Shown here piece after piece: positions 26,222-35,352 of a stretch of 50,803 nt of DNA. The stretch's first letter is position 1. Every line of letters starts with the position of its first letter. Source of the stretch: Bacteroidales bacterium (GTDB lineage: Bacteria > Bacteroidota > Bacteroidia > Bacteroidales > JAQUTK01); the NCBI GenBank assembly GCA_028691445.1, contig JAQUZH010000002.1:1-50803 (forward strand), given 5' to 3'. The notes beneath the pieces were generated by a model, which ran no database searches, was not told the origin of the DNA, and saw only the letters and a program-made list of their open reading frames with translations. The position numbers were made by a program, and so were the translations under genes.

Positions 26222-27400
26222 ATGGATAACTATACGAAAAGAATCTCAGAGAAAATGGCACAACATGAAGTACTGTTGGCACGGAACAATGAACCCGAAG
26301 AAGAAACCAACGGCCTGTTTACACGCTATAAGCAACCGGTATTAACAGCAGCTCATACTCCTTTGTTCTGGAGATATGATATGGACGAAAAGACAAACCC
26401 ATACTTCATGGAACGTATCGGAATGAATGGAGTCTTTAATGCAGGAGCTCTCAAATGGAATGGGAAGTATATACTCGTAGCCCGTGTGGAAGGAGCAGAT
26501 CGTAAGTCTTTCTTTGCAGTGGCTGAGAGCCCAAATGGTATCGATCAATTCCGTTTCTGGGATTATCCAATTACCATGCCCGACACGGAAGATCCCGCTA
26601 CAAATATCTATGACATGCGACTGACTGTTCACGAAGATGGATGGATCTATGGAATCTTCTGTGCGGAACGTCACGACCCGAAAGCTCCTGCAGGTGATCT
26701 TTCATCGGCAACAGCTACCGCAGGTATCGCACGGACGAAAGATTTGAACCAATGGGAACGGCTACCTGACTTGCAGACAAAGGGCCAACAACGGAATGTA
26801 GTGCTTCATCCCGAGTTTCTGAATGGGAAGTATGCACTGTATACCCGTCCGCAGGATGGGTTTATTGATGCTGGAAGTGGTGGAGGAATAGGTTGGACAC
26901 TTGTTGATGACATAGCTCATGCCGTAGTGAAAGAGGAGAAGATCATTGATTATCGGTACTATCATACAATAAAAGAGTTGAAAAACGGAGAAGGGCCTCA
27001 TCCTATCAAGACGTCAAAAGGGTGGCTTCATCTGGCTCATGGAGTACGGGGATGTGCTGCCGGAATGCGTTATGTGCTCTATCTGTATATGACATCATTG
27101 GAAGATCCGTCTAAACTGATTGCCTCCCCGGGAGGATATTGTATGGCTCCAGAGGGGGAAGAAAGAATTGGTGATGTTTCTAACGTTCTTTTCTGCAACG
27201 GCTGGATTGCCGAAGAAGATGGAAAGGTGTTCATCTATTACGCATCATCTGATACGCGAATGCACGTTGCCACTTCAACGGTCGACAAACTGGTCGATTA
27301 TTGTTTGAACACACCCGCTGATGGTCTTACGACCTCCGCTTCGGTGGAAACTTTAAAGAAACAGATAGAGAAGAATCTCACGATTCTGAGAAATAAGTAA
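26222..27400 (+). CDS. GH130 4-O-beta-D-mannosyl-D-glucose phosphorylase-like
   Basis: 392 aa, cytoplasmic (no signal peptide). Beta-propeller GH130 features are present (NAGALKWNGKYILVARVEG, RLTVHEDGWIYGIFCAE, RNVVLHPEF, YYASSDTRMHVATS). Gene neighbours (GPH symporter + 2-epimerase) reproduce the B. fragilis-type mannan pathway. Confidence 0.88.
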   Translation: MDNYTKRISEKMAQHEVLLARNNEPEEETNGLFTRYKQPVLTAAHTPLFWRYDMDEKTNPYFMERIGMNGVFNAGALKWNGKYILVARVEGADRKSFFAVAESPNGIDQFRFWDYPITMPDTEDPATNIYDMRLTVHEDGWIYGIFCAERHDPKAPAGDLSSATATAGIARTKDLNQWERLPDLQTKGQQRNVVLHPEFLNGKYALYTRPQDGFIDAGSGGGIGWTLVDDIAHAVVKEEKIIDYRYYHTIKELKNGEGPHPIKTSKGWLHLAHGVRGCAAGMRYVLYLYMTSLEDPSKLIASPGGYCMAPEGEERIGDVSNVLFCNGWIAEEDGKVFIYYASSDTRMHVATSTVDKLVDYCLNTPADGLTTSASVETLKKQIEKNLTILRNK

Positions 27401-27464
27401 TTGAATGAATCCTTTGTTCTTTCATTGATGTACAGCCTCTAACAGATTAAACAGATTAAATAGC

Positions 27465-28859
27465 ATGATAAGACTAAGTGAAAAGATAGGCTATGGTTTC
27501 GGAGATATGGCTTCTTCCATGTTCTGGAAGATATTTAGCATGTACCTTCTTTTCTTTTATACAGATGTGTATGGATTGAATCCTGCGGCAGTAGGAACCA
27601 TGTTTCTGATTACCCGTATATGGGATTCTTTCCTGGATCCTGTGATTGGGGTAATTGCCGACCGAACAGAGACGCGCTGGGGTAAGTTTCGTCCCTATCT
27701 GCTTTTTATGGCTCTCCCGTTCGGACTGGCCGGGGTATTCACCTTCTTCACACCTGATGTTGGTCCTCAATGGAAGTTGGTTTATGCCTATATCACTTAC
27801 ACTATGATGATGATGGTCTATTCGGCGATCAATGTGCCGTATGCATCTTTACTGGGAGTGATGACTCCAGATCCCAAAGAACGCACGACGCTCTCTTCTT
27901 ACCGCATGTTTTTTGCTTATGTAGGAAGTTTCATTGCGGTATTGCTCATTCAGCCCTTAGTAGAGTTTTTCTCAAAAACAGGAAATACAGTGAATCCTCA
28001 ACAGGGTTGGTTTTACGGTGTTAGCGTCATTGCAGTAATGTGTGTCACACTCTTTGTGGGATGCTTTGGATTAACCAGAGAACGGATAAAACCAATGAAA
28101 AAACAAGAGAAAGGGTCGCTCAAAAAAGACCTGATCGATCTGTGGCATAATCATCCCTGGTGGATATTGCTTGGTGCAAGTATTGGCACGCTGGTTTTTA
28201 ACTCCCTCCGGGACGGAGCGGCAATCTACTATTTCAAATACTATATCCTAGAAGAAAATTCACTTCAGATAGCCCCCCTTAGGGTAACGGTGACGTGGAC
28301 TTCTCTCTATTTGGCGTTGGGGCAGATCGCAAACATGGTAGGTGTCATACTTGCAGCTCCTGTGTCCAACTGCATCGGAAAGAAATTCACATTTATGACG
28401 GCTATGTCTCTTGCGACACTGCTAAGTATCTTCTTTTACTGGCTCACACCCGAACAAGTGGTTCTGATTTTTGTGTTCCAGGCAATGATTAGCGCCTGCG
28501 CCGGAATTATTTTCCCTCTTTTGTGGTCTATGTATGCCGATATTGCCGATTACTCCGAACTGAAATGTGGTCGCCGTGCTACCGGACTGATTTTCTCTTC
28601 GTCTTCTATGTCGCAAAAGCTGGGATGGACACTCGGTGGTGCAGTGACAGGCTGGCTACTGGCATATTTTGGATTTAAGGCTAACATGATCCAATCGGAT
28701 ACAGCCATAACCGGTATCAAGATGATGCTTAGCTTTTTGCCAGCAATCGGCACAGTGCTCTCTATTGTCTTTATCTTATTCTATCCGCTAGGCGAAGAGA
28801 AGGTAAAGAAGATAACGGAAGAACTGAAGCAACGACGTATCAATTCAAAAGAAGCATGA
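27465..28859 (+). CDS. GPH-family (glycoside-pentoside-hexuronide):cation symporter, MFS superfamily
   Basis: 464 aa, ~12 TM. The N-terminal EKIGYGFGDMASSMFWKIFSMYLLFFYTDVYGL...ITRIWDSFLDPVIGVIADRT..RWGKFRPY is the GPH family signature region. Confidence 0.9.
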   Translation: MIRLSEKIGYGFGDMASSMFWKIFSMYLLFFYTDVYGLNPAAVGTMFLITRIWDSFLDPVIGVIADRTETRWGKFRPYLLFMALPFGLAGVFTFFTPDVGPQWKLVYAYITYTMMMMVYSAINVPYASLLGVMTPDPKERTTLSSYRMFFAYVGSFIAVLLIQPLVEFFSKTGNTVNPQQGWFYGVSVIAVMCVTLFVGCFGLTRERIKPMKKQEKGSLKKDLIDLWHNHPWWILLGASIGTLVFNSLRDGAAIYYFKYYILEENSLQIAPLRVTVTWTSLYLALGQIANMVGVILAAPVSNCIGKKFTFMTAMSLATLLSIFFYWLTPEQVVLIFVFQAMISACAGIIFPLLWSMYADIADYSELKCGRRATGLIFSSSSMSQKLGWTLGGAVTGWLLAYFGFKANMIQSDTAITGIKMMLSFLPAIGTVLSIVFILFYPLGEEKVKKITEELKQRRINSKEA

Positions 28860-30040
28860 ATAATAAGGATTGGAAGCTAGAAGTGCAGCAGGTACTTCAG
28901 GAGAATATACTGACGTATTGGCAAGAGAAAATGGTGGATGAGAAATATGGTGGATTCTTTGGACGAAGGAATGGATTAGATGAACGAATACCGGAAGCAG
29001 AAAAAGGAGCGATACTCAACGCTCGTATATTGTGGACTTATTCGGCTGCATATCGTGTATTTAAGAAGGAAGAATATCTCACCATGGCTACCCGTGCCAA
29101 ACGATACTTGATTGATCGATTTTATGATTCTATCAATGGGGGTGTCTATTGGTCACTTGATTACAGGGGAAATCCATTGGATACAAAAAAACAAATCTAT
29201 GCGTTGGGGTTTGCCATCTACGGTCTGAGCGAATTTAACCGTGCTACAGGCGATGAAGAGGCATTGGACGTTGCGATTAAACTATTTCATTCGATTGAGA
29301 AATATAGTTTTGACCGCGAGAAAAACGGCTATTTGGAAGCACTTACCTGTGATTGGAAAGAGATCGCTGATATGCGACTCAGTGAGAAAGATGCGAATGA
29401 GAAGAAAACAATGAATACGCATCTGCACATTCTGGAGCCTTATACAAACTTATATCGCGTATGGAAAGACGAAAGACTGAAGGAGCAAATCCATAATCTG
29501 GTGCTCATCTTTCTGGAAAAGATCATCCATAAAGAGACAAATCACCTGCAGCTCTTCTTTGATGAAGATTGGCATAGCAAGAGGAATTGTATCTCCTACG
29601 GACACGACATAGAGGCTTCTTGGCTTATTCATGAAGCTGCTCTTGAGCTAGGCGACAAAGAGTTGCTGGAAAAGGTGGAAGCGGTTGTTCCCCTGATAGC
29701 CGCCGCTGCCGGTGAGGGACTTCAACCGGATGGTAGCATGATCTACGAAAAGGATCCTGAAGAGGGTACGGAAGATGCCGCACGTCATTGGTGGGTACAA
29801 GCCGAGACAGTCATCGGATATGCAAATCTCTATCAACACTTCCAGCATATAGAGGATCTTGAACGGGCACAGAAGTGTTGGAGTTATATCCAAACTCATT
29901 TACTGGATCGTGAGAACGGCGAATGGTACTGGAGCATTCGACCTGACGAGACCGTCAACACTGTGGATGACAAAGCCGGATTCTGGAAATGTCCTTATCA
30001 CAACGGACGTATGTGCTTCGAGATAATAGAACGTTTCTAA
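28856..30040 (+). CDS. Cellobiose/mannobiose 2-epimerase (N-acylglucosamine 2-epimerase superfamily)
   Basis: 394 aa of (alpha/alpha)6-barrel AGE-family pattern (NARILWTYSAAYRV, KQIYALGFAIYGLSEF, NTHLHILEPYTNLY, SYGHDIEASWL, FWKCPYHNGRMCFE). Its start overlaps the symporter stop (ATGA). Confidence 0.88.
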   Translation: MNNKDWKLEVQQVLQENILTYWQEKMVDEKYGGFFGRRNGLDERIPEAEKGAILNARILWTYSAAYRVFKKEEYLTMATRAKRYLIDRFYDSINGGVYWSLDYRGNPLDTKKQIYALGFAIYGLSEFNRATGDEEALDVAIKLFHSIEKYSFDREKNGYLEALTCDWKEIADMRLSEKDANEKKTMNTHLHILEPYTNLYRVWKDERLKEQIHNLVLIFLEKIIHKETNHLQLFFDEDWHSKRNCISYGHDIEASWLIHEAALELGDKELLEKVEAVVPLIAAAAGEGLQPDGSMIYEKDPEEGTEDAARHWWVQAETVIGYANLYQHFQHIEDLERAQKCWSYIQTHLLDRENGEWYWSIRPDETVNTVDDKAGFWKCPYHNGRMCFEIIERF

Positions 30041-30078
30041 CGAATACAGAGGGTTAGATCGTACGTTTCTTGTTTTAA

Positions 30079-30134
30079 AATGGCTGAAAAGGGTAGACTA
30101 AACTATTATAGTAGTCTTATACTTTTCAGCCATT
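30079..30134. terminator. Long nested hairpin between convergent operons (probable bidirectional terminator)
   Basis: Perfect 13-bp outer stem AATGGCTGAAAAG (30079-30091) / CTTTTCAGCCATT (30122-30134). The loop contains an inner 7-bp stem TAGACTA/TAGTCTA. Flanks are A/T-rich. Confidence 0.55.
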
Positions 30135-30199
30135 ACTCTTCTCTTTACGTCTAATTGTTACTAAAAATAATCCTCCAAAGCAATCTCCGAGTCAACTAA

Positions 30200-32191
30200 T
30201 TACCTACTGATCAAAAACTTATCCTTTATATTCACTTTAGCCGAAGTGACAGACACACAATAGACTCCGGCTGGTCTACTGGAAAGATCTAAAGACAAAA
30301 GGGCTGAAGTGCTATTATTCTGTTTATAGATTATCTCTCCGCTACTCTTGAAGATTGTTAAGTTATAACTTCCTACCTGAGGGTCCACATGAATAGCAAC
30401 CCGACCAGAAGCCTTGTCCGAATAAATGCTTACCAGACTGTTTTCCACTGCTTCTTTTAGAGAGGTATTCTCACTGATTGAGATCAACAAGGTGTCAGAG
30501 GTTTGTCCGATACCTAAGGCATTTCTGCCACTCACAATCAACTTGACATCTCCAATATACGAATCAGCAAAGTCTATTGTGACCACAGTATCGGACCCTG
30601 ATTTCTTGCCGGCTGTGATGGGAATGATTTTCCATAGATACGAAGTTGCGCCATCCACCTTTTGTGTAGAATAAGTCTGATTTTCAGGATTTACGGACAA
30701 ACTGGCTATTCCTTCCGGCTTCTGCGGTTTGGAAGGTTCCAGAATAAGAACATTCCCATTGTTAAAGACCTTCTTGATGTGTTGCGCTGAATTTGAAGAG
30801 TTTACCAAATCACCCCAAGACATGAAGAAAGACCAGGGAGCATCCAGAGCGAAACAGTCATCGGGATCGGGTATTGGTCCGTTTTCAGTCATAGCAACGA
30901 TCTTTTCCCCATTCACCATCGTATATAGAATGTCAAAGTCATTCTTCTTCACACTGTAATTATAATTGCCGGGGTAAGAGTCATGACCGACAATATCTAC
31001 TTTGTCATTGCCCGGATACCACGCTGATTCAGAAGAAGACCACGTCCATATAATATTGTTGAGACCATGATAATTCGTTAAACGATCATAGATGATGTCA
31101 TACAACTTCACACAAACTTTAGCCCCTTTTGCACCCCACCAGAACCAGGCACCGCTTCCATTAACCACACCGTTTCCACTGGCTTCGTGCAAAGGTCTGA
31201 AAATGACAGGCACTTTCGCGTCTTGAAACTTTTTCAATTGAGCAGCAATAGCGTCAATATCACGGATAGCTTCGGTATACTCTTTATTTCCTGGTACTAC
31301 AGCTTTGGAAACATCAAAAGTGGTATACTCTGAATAGAATGTATTTGTACCCACAGTCCCATTGCTCGGTGAATGCCAATGCCACTGAAAACAGACAATT
31401 CCTTTGCCATTTGTTGACTTATACCAATTAATCGCATCTTCTGACTCCGTACATCCTTTGTCGATACCAAAACCAAAGCCACCATTCACCCAATTATAAG
31501 GATAACCTTCCGTGTAATGCTGAAAATCAAATCCTTTAAGCATCGGAGACTTACCGGCAATTGCTTTCAATTCATTTGTGTACGAGCTCGTTTGTCCGGA
31601 GATAATTTTAGAACCATAATTAGAACGCAGAAAGTTATACAGTGCTTTGGTCTCTTCCGTCGCATTCGGATTAACTAGCTCTTCAGCTACTGAATAAGTA
31701 TTTCTCGGTACTGAATAAAGAGAGAACTTATCTACATCGCTCCATCCCCATGAACTTTGTAAAGAAATCGTATTCACCCCCTCATTCAGCAATACTTTCC
31801 CGGCGTCAGCATCAGTAAATAAAGAGGAAGCCGGAAACTTTACTGAGAAAGAAGGATCGGAGTTTACCCACACATTCTGTTCTTTATAATCAGTAGAGCG
31901 GTAGCGAATAACCATTTTGTAAAAAGCTTTGGCTGGAACAGTAACGGTAACTGTCACCTTATCTGCAGAGCTTCGGAAGTTCGTCACATATCCCGTACCG
32001 GAATATCCGGATGCACTGTTGGAAGTTACAACACCGCCGGAAAGTACCCCTTTCTCTGCTTCAACGGAAGTAACAAGTGTCTGCGCATGCATCTGCAAAC
32101 AGGTTGTGCAGCATAATACGACTGCGAGTAAGCAACTCTTAGGAAGATTTAATAATCTCATTCGAAAATAATTATAGGTTAATCTCAACAT
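30200..32191 (-). CDS. Modular secreted endo-beta-1,4-mannanase: N-terminal CBM6/35-like module + GH26 catalytic domain + Ig-like module + T9SS C-terminal sorting domain
   Basis: 663 aa (the alternative ATG at 32161 gives MRLLNLPKSCLLAVVLCCTTCLQMHA). The CBM-like module reads VEAEKGVLSGGV...ASGYSGTGYVTNF...VDKFSLYSV. GH26 motifs are FQWHWHSP and VIFRPLHEASG...GAWFWWG. The C-terminus VSIYSDKASGRVAIHV...YNLTIFKSSGEIIYKQ...PAGVYCVSV...KDKFLISR looks like a T9SS CTD. Confidence 0.85.
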   Translation of the reverse strand: MLRLTYNYFRMRLLNLPKSCLLAVVLCCTTCLQMHAQTLVTSVEAEKGVLSGGVVTSNSASGYSGTGYVTNFRSSADKVTVTVTVPAKAFYKMVIRYRSTDYKEQNVWVNSDPSFSVKFPASSLFTDADAGKVLLNEGVNTISLQSSWGWSDVDKFSLYSVPRNTYSVAEELVNPNATEETKALYNFLRSNYGSKIISGQTSSYTNELKAIAGKSPMLKGFDFQHYTEGYPYNWVNGGFGFGIDKGCTESEDAINWYKSTNGKGIVCFQWHWHSPSNGTVGTNTFYSEYTTFDVSKAVVPGNKEYTEAIRDIDAIAAQLKKFQDAKVPVIFRPLHEASGNGVVNGSGAWFWWGAKGAKVCVKLYDIIYDRLTNYHGLNNIIWTWSSSESAWYPGNDKVDIVGHDSYPGNYNYSVKKNDFDILYTMVNGEKIVAMTENGPIPDPDDCFALDAPWSFFMSWGDLVNSSNSAQHIKKVFNNGNVLILEPSKPQKPEGIASLSVNPENQTYSTQKVDGATSYLWKIIPITAGKKSGSDTVVTIDFADSYIGDVKLIVSGRNALGIGQTSDTLLISISENTSLKEAVENSLVSIYSDKASGRVAIHVDPQVGSYNLTIFKSSGEIIYKQNNSTSALLSLDLSSRPAGVYCVSVTSAKVNIKDKFLISR
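30203..30439 (-). other. T9SS C-terminal sorting domain of the GH26 mannanase
   Basis: The last ~79 aa show the beta-sandwich CTD pattern described in the GH26 mannanase entry (30200..32191). Confidence 0.6.
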
Positions 32192-32250
32192 ATTCAGGTT
32201 CGTCGCTCACCATCAAGAAGAGTCCTGATGCCTGTTCGATTTTGTAACTG

Positions 32251-32258
32251 CAAAAATA
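32251..32258 (-). promoter_or_regulatory. Candidate -7 box (TATTTTTG on the minus strand) of the T9SS GH26 gene
   Basis: Plus-strand CAAAAATA, 60 nt upstream of ATG 32191. Confidence 0.5.
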
Positions 32259-32289
32259 GCGTTTAACTCAAGTACAAACAGCACTTTTA

Positions 32290-32315
32290 TTATCGAAAGG
32301 TGATACTATCTTATC
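32290..32315 (-). promoter_or_regulatory. Site B of the conserved 26-bp direct-repeat element (minus-strand GATAAGATAGTATCACCTTTCGATAA)
   Basis: See site A. The promoter-proximal end (32290) is 32 nt from the -7 box start (32258), identical to sites A and C. Confidence 0.55.
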
Positions 32316-32411
32316 AATATTCAGATACAATGGAAGAACCCTTTTTAGGATGACGGATTTCGGTTTGAAAACGGGGTTCAACACACGCTGCATCTCCTTA
32401 TTTATAGCTCT

Positions 32412-33353
32412 TTACAACCCTAATAGAAATCCATTGATCTCTTTCACGGTGCGTTCTAATTTATCATGATGCAAGTTATGAGCCGCGCCATCAACATGTA
32501 CCAACTTTACCTTTGGCAGATTATTCACAGCCTCTTCGTTTGCCTTGCGGCTTTCAGGCGATGCATCAGCTTTCAGGATAAGCGAAGGGACGGTGATCTT
32601 GGAAAGTGCCTCTCCACTGTTCATCGTGCCTCTCATCGCTTGCGATTGCTCTGCGGTATAGGGTCCATGGTACTGTCTTTTTGAGAGTGCCCAATACTGG
32701 CAATCCACGGTGCCCCACATCGGATTATCACGATGAGCCTTTGCTACTAAATCGTTAAAACTTTGATTATTGTTGGCTACCATCGCTTCGGGATTTATTG
32801 ACTGGCTACTTGCATTTCTTCTCTGAGGAGCTTGGTTACTTTGAGATGCTATAAAAGGGTCAAGCATAATGATGGCCTGAGCCAGATCGGGATAAGCCGC
32901 TCCTACTCGCATCACCGAAGCTGCACCCATAGAATGCCCCATTAGAATAGGTTTATTTATGTTCATGGCCTTTACAAATCCGACTATATCTTTGAGTAGA
33001 GTTTCGCCATCATCGGTAGAGGTAAAAGGATCTGACAGACCATGTCCGCGGGCATCAAGCATGTAAATATCATAAGAATCCTGCAACTTCCAGGTCAGTG
33101 TTGTCCAGCTAAGTCCGATATCTGTCACACCATGAACCATTACAATGACAGGTTTTTGAGGCGCGGGAACAGCATGATAGTAGTGAATTCGAATCCCGTT
33201 TGCATTGACATAACCATCCGACCACCCATCAGGTATGCCGGGAGGATCAGCAGCAAAAGCGATTACAGGCGATAAGACCAGAACGGCCAGATCTTTCAGG
33301 AATAATCGGTTTATTCCTTTTCTCATCATGTATGTTGTTTGCTTCATTTCCAT
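32412..33353 (-). CDS. Secreted alpha/beta-fold hydrolase (probable carbohydrate esterase)
   Basis: 313 aa with a signal peptide, an oxyanion-region HGVTD, the nucleophile elbow GHSMGA, and a C-terminal AAHNLHHD containing the catalytic His. Last gene of the esterase-rich operon. Confidence 0.75.
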   Translation of the reverse strand: MEMKQTTYMMRKGINRLFLKDLAVLVLSPVIAFAADPPGIPDGWSDGYVNANGIRIHYYHAVPAPQKPVIVMVHGVTDIGLSWTTLTWKLQDSYDIYMLDARGHGLSDPFTSTDDGETLLKDIVGFVKAMNINKPILMGHSMGAASVMRVGAAYPDLAQAIIMLDPFIASQSNQAPQRRNASSQSINPEAMVANNNQSFNDLVAKAHRDNPMWGTVDCQYWALSKRQYHGPYTAEQSQAMRGTMNSGEALSKITVPSLILKADASPESRKANEEAVNNLPKVKLVHVDGAAHNLHHDKLERTVKEINGFLLGL

Positions 33354-33494
33354 TTTTCGTTGATTTTTAAGTAGTTGATATTATTTAAGGAGTTAATAAT
33401 CAATCACACATAGATGACAAAAAGAGCATTGAAACAATTGAGTGCAGGCTAGCTAACGATAATTAGATATGATCATTATACACTCCTGCAAAAC

Positions 33495-35171
33495 TTATTC
33501 AACCGGTAATCCCAAATGCGACAAGATAAACTTATGTTCTAATTCGCCGGCATGAGCATCGGTGTTGTGTCCGGAACGTGGACAAGCCACCCAAACCTTT
33601 TCAGACTTCACCTGATTGTAGGCTGCAAAGTTGATGTGCGGCGGACAGGTCGGGTCTTGCACTCCAAAACTCATAATCAGCGGACAGGTAATCCATGGAG
33701 CTAGATTCTTGATGTCGAAATATGTTAACAAGTCGTAGGTCTGTTCCCAGGTAAATTCAGGGTGCGACTTAGCATAGTTATCGAAATCGCTCTTCGGCCA
33801 AGGTGCAATAGCAAAATAGTCGCGATAATCGGATAGGAACGGAATGCTTGGAGCGCATACCTTCACGCGTTTATCGAGCGCTGCCGCTACAAACGAAAGC
33901 GCACCACCTTGGCTACCACCGCGGGCAACCACCTTTTCGGTATCCACTTCGGGACGGCTGCAAACAAAGTCGATGGCACGCACCACATCGCAGAAACCTC
34001 CCTGGTAGTAATATCCTTGTTTGTCTTTCAGTCCGATGGTAAGCCAGAAATCATCCTCTTTGGTCAGGCGGTTCAATCCCTGACCACGAATGGAAGGTAC
34101 GTAGTGTGCAAAACCGTCCCACTTCGTACTGGCATAATAAGGGTTGGATCCATAACCCATGTATTCGACCATAACGGGAAATTTACCCTCGCGTTTGGGC
34201 TTGGCATAATAGCCACGAATGGTTTTGTTGTCCAGCGACTGCATCTGCACGAGGTACATCTCATAGTCGTTGTTCGAAGCTTCGGATACCAACGTCATCT
34301 GATATTTCAGGGGCACTTTGGCCAATTCTTTCAGATTTTTGTCCCAAAAGGCTTTAAAGTCGTCGTGTGTGTCGACAGGTGAATTAATCTTTTCGGGCTC
34401 GTAACCCAAGTTGAAATTATCTTTCATCAACGTATTACCATTACGTACTAACTCCACAGTGAAGTGATAAAAACCCGGGGTAGGTGCTTTCATTTTGAAC
34501 GTTTCTCCGGTCGACGAATTGGTTTGGACAACAATCGGTTTAGTCGCTTCGCTGACAGACTCGTGTTTGTCGGTGGTCATCTTCACAACCAAGTCGCCTT
34601 TTAGACTCCACGGATTGGTGTTGGCCACGTTGATGGTAAATGTCATCACATCATTACCGAGAAAGATATAGTCTTCGTCCGCTACGTTGTACATCATTGC
34701 CAGTTGGTCAACGATATCGACAGTGGAAATCGTCAGTGTATTTCCTTCGCGCAGGCCGCTTTGCATACCGCGGTTTAGGTTATTGCCGAGCGCCCGGGTA
34801 ACCACTTTCAAATCCAATTGATTATCGCCTTTTTGCAATATTGATGCAGGCACATAGTAGCGGCGGGTAAAGAAACTGCCGCGAGGCATGTTTTTGCGCG
34901 AGAAAGAGTCTACCACCTTCCCATTCAGGCGAAGGGTATCCACGCCAATAATGCTATCGAACTTCACGATCACTCCACCTTTGCGCACAGCGGTAGCGTA
35001 AAATTGATCGGAGAGTTGAATGTTCTTTTGGTATTTCAGGGTATCTCCCACCGTTTGCGACATCCATTCATTGCTGAACGTTTCGGTCAGCATGGGGGTG
35101 GTATCTTCTTTCGGTAAACCCATGGAAGCAGTCAGGCATAGAACAAAAATTAAAACAACGTACTTTCTCAT
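33495..35171 (-). CDS. CE7-family acetyl esterase (acetylxylan esterase / cephalosporin-C deacetylase-like) with ~230-aa N-terminal beta-sandwich extension
   Basis: 558 aa. CE7 signature motifs are present: RGQG (VPSIRGQGLN), GxSQGG (ARGGSQGGALSF), PFLSDY and VQDPTCPPHINFAAYN. Confidence 0.85.
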   Translation of the reverse strand: MRKYVVLIFVLCLTASMGLPKEDTTPMLTETFSNEWMSQTVGDTLKYQKNIQLSDQFYATAVRKGGVIVKFDSIIGVDTLRLNGKVVDSFSRKNMPRGSFFTRRYYVPASILQKGDNQLDLKVVTRALGNNLNRGMQSGLREGNTLTISTVDIVDQLAMMYNVADEDYIFLGNDVMTFTINVANTNPWSLKGDLVVKMTTDKHESVSEATKPIVVQTNSSTGETFKMKAPTPGFYHFTVELVRNGNTLMKDNFNLGYEPEKINSPVDTHDDFKAFWDKNLKELAKVPLKYQMTLVSEASNNDYEMYLVQMQSLDNKTIRGYYAKPKREGKFPVMVEYMGYGSNPYYASTKWDGFAHYVPSIRGQGLNRLTKEDDFWLTIGLKDKQGYYYQGGFCDVVRAIDFVCSRPEVDTEKVVARGGSQGGALSFVAAALDKRVKVCAPSIPFLSDYRDYFAIAPWPKSDFDNYAKSHPEFTWEQTYDLLTYFDIKNLAPWITCPLIMSFGVQDPTCPPHINFAAYNQVKSEKVWVACPRSGHNTDAHAGELEHKFILSHLGLPVE

Positions 35172-35188
35172 ACTATTTTAGATAAAGA

Positions 35189-35224
35189 GTGAGGAGGCAT
35201 ACTGTTTTATACCTTATGCCTCAC
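35189..35224 (-). terminator. Intra-operon hairpin between GH26 and CE7 genes (possible attenuator, partial terminator or processing site)
   Basis: 10-bp stem (GTGAGG..CATA / TATGCCTCAC) with a 3-nt bulge and a 13-nt loop. On the minus-strand transcript it ends 17 nt before the CE7 ATG and is followed only by a weak U-rich run (UCUUUAUCU). Confidence 0.3.
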
Positions 35225-35352
35225 TATATTAAATTCTACAAATTAAAGTGACCTGAACACCAAGGTCGACATAAACTCATTCTTCGCCGGCTGTCGCACC
35301 CTTCCATGCGCTGGTGAAGTGCGTCCCTGGAAGCATCCGTAATTTTTGAACC

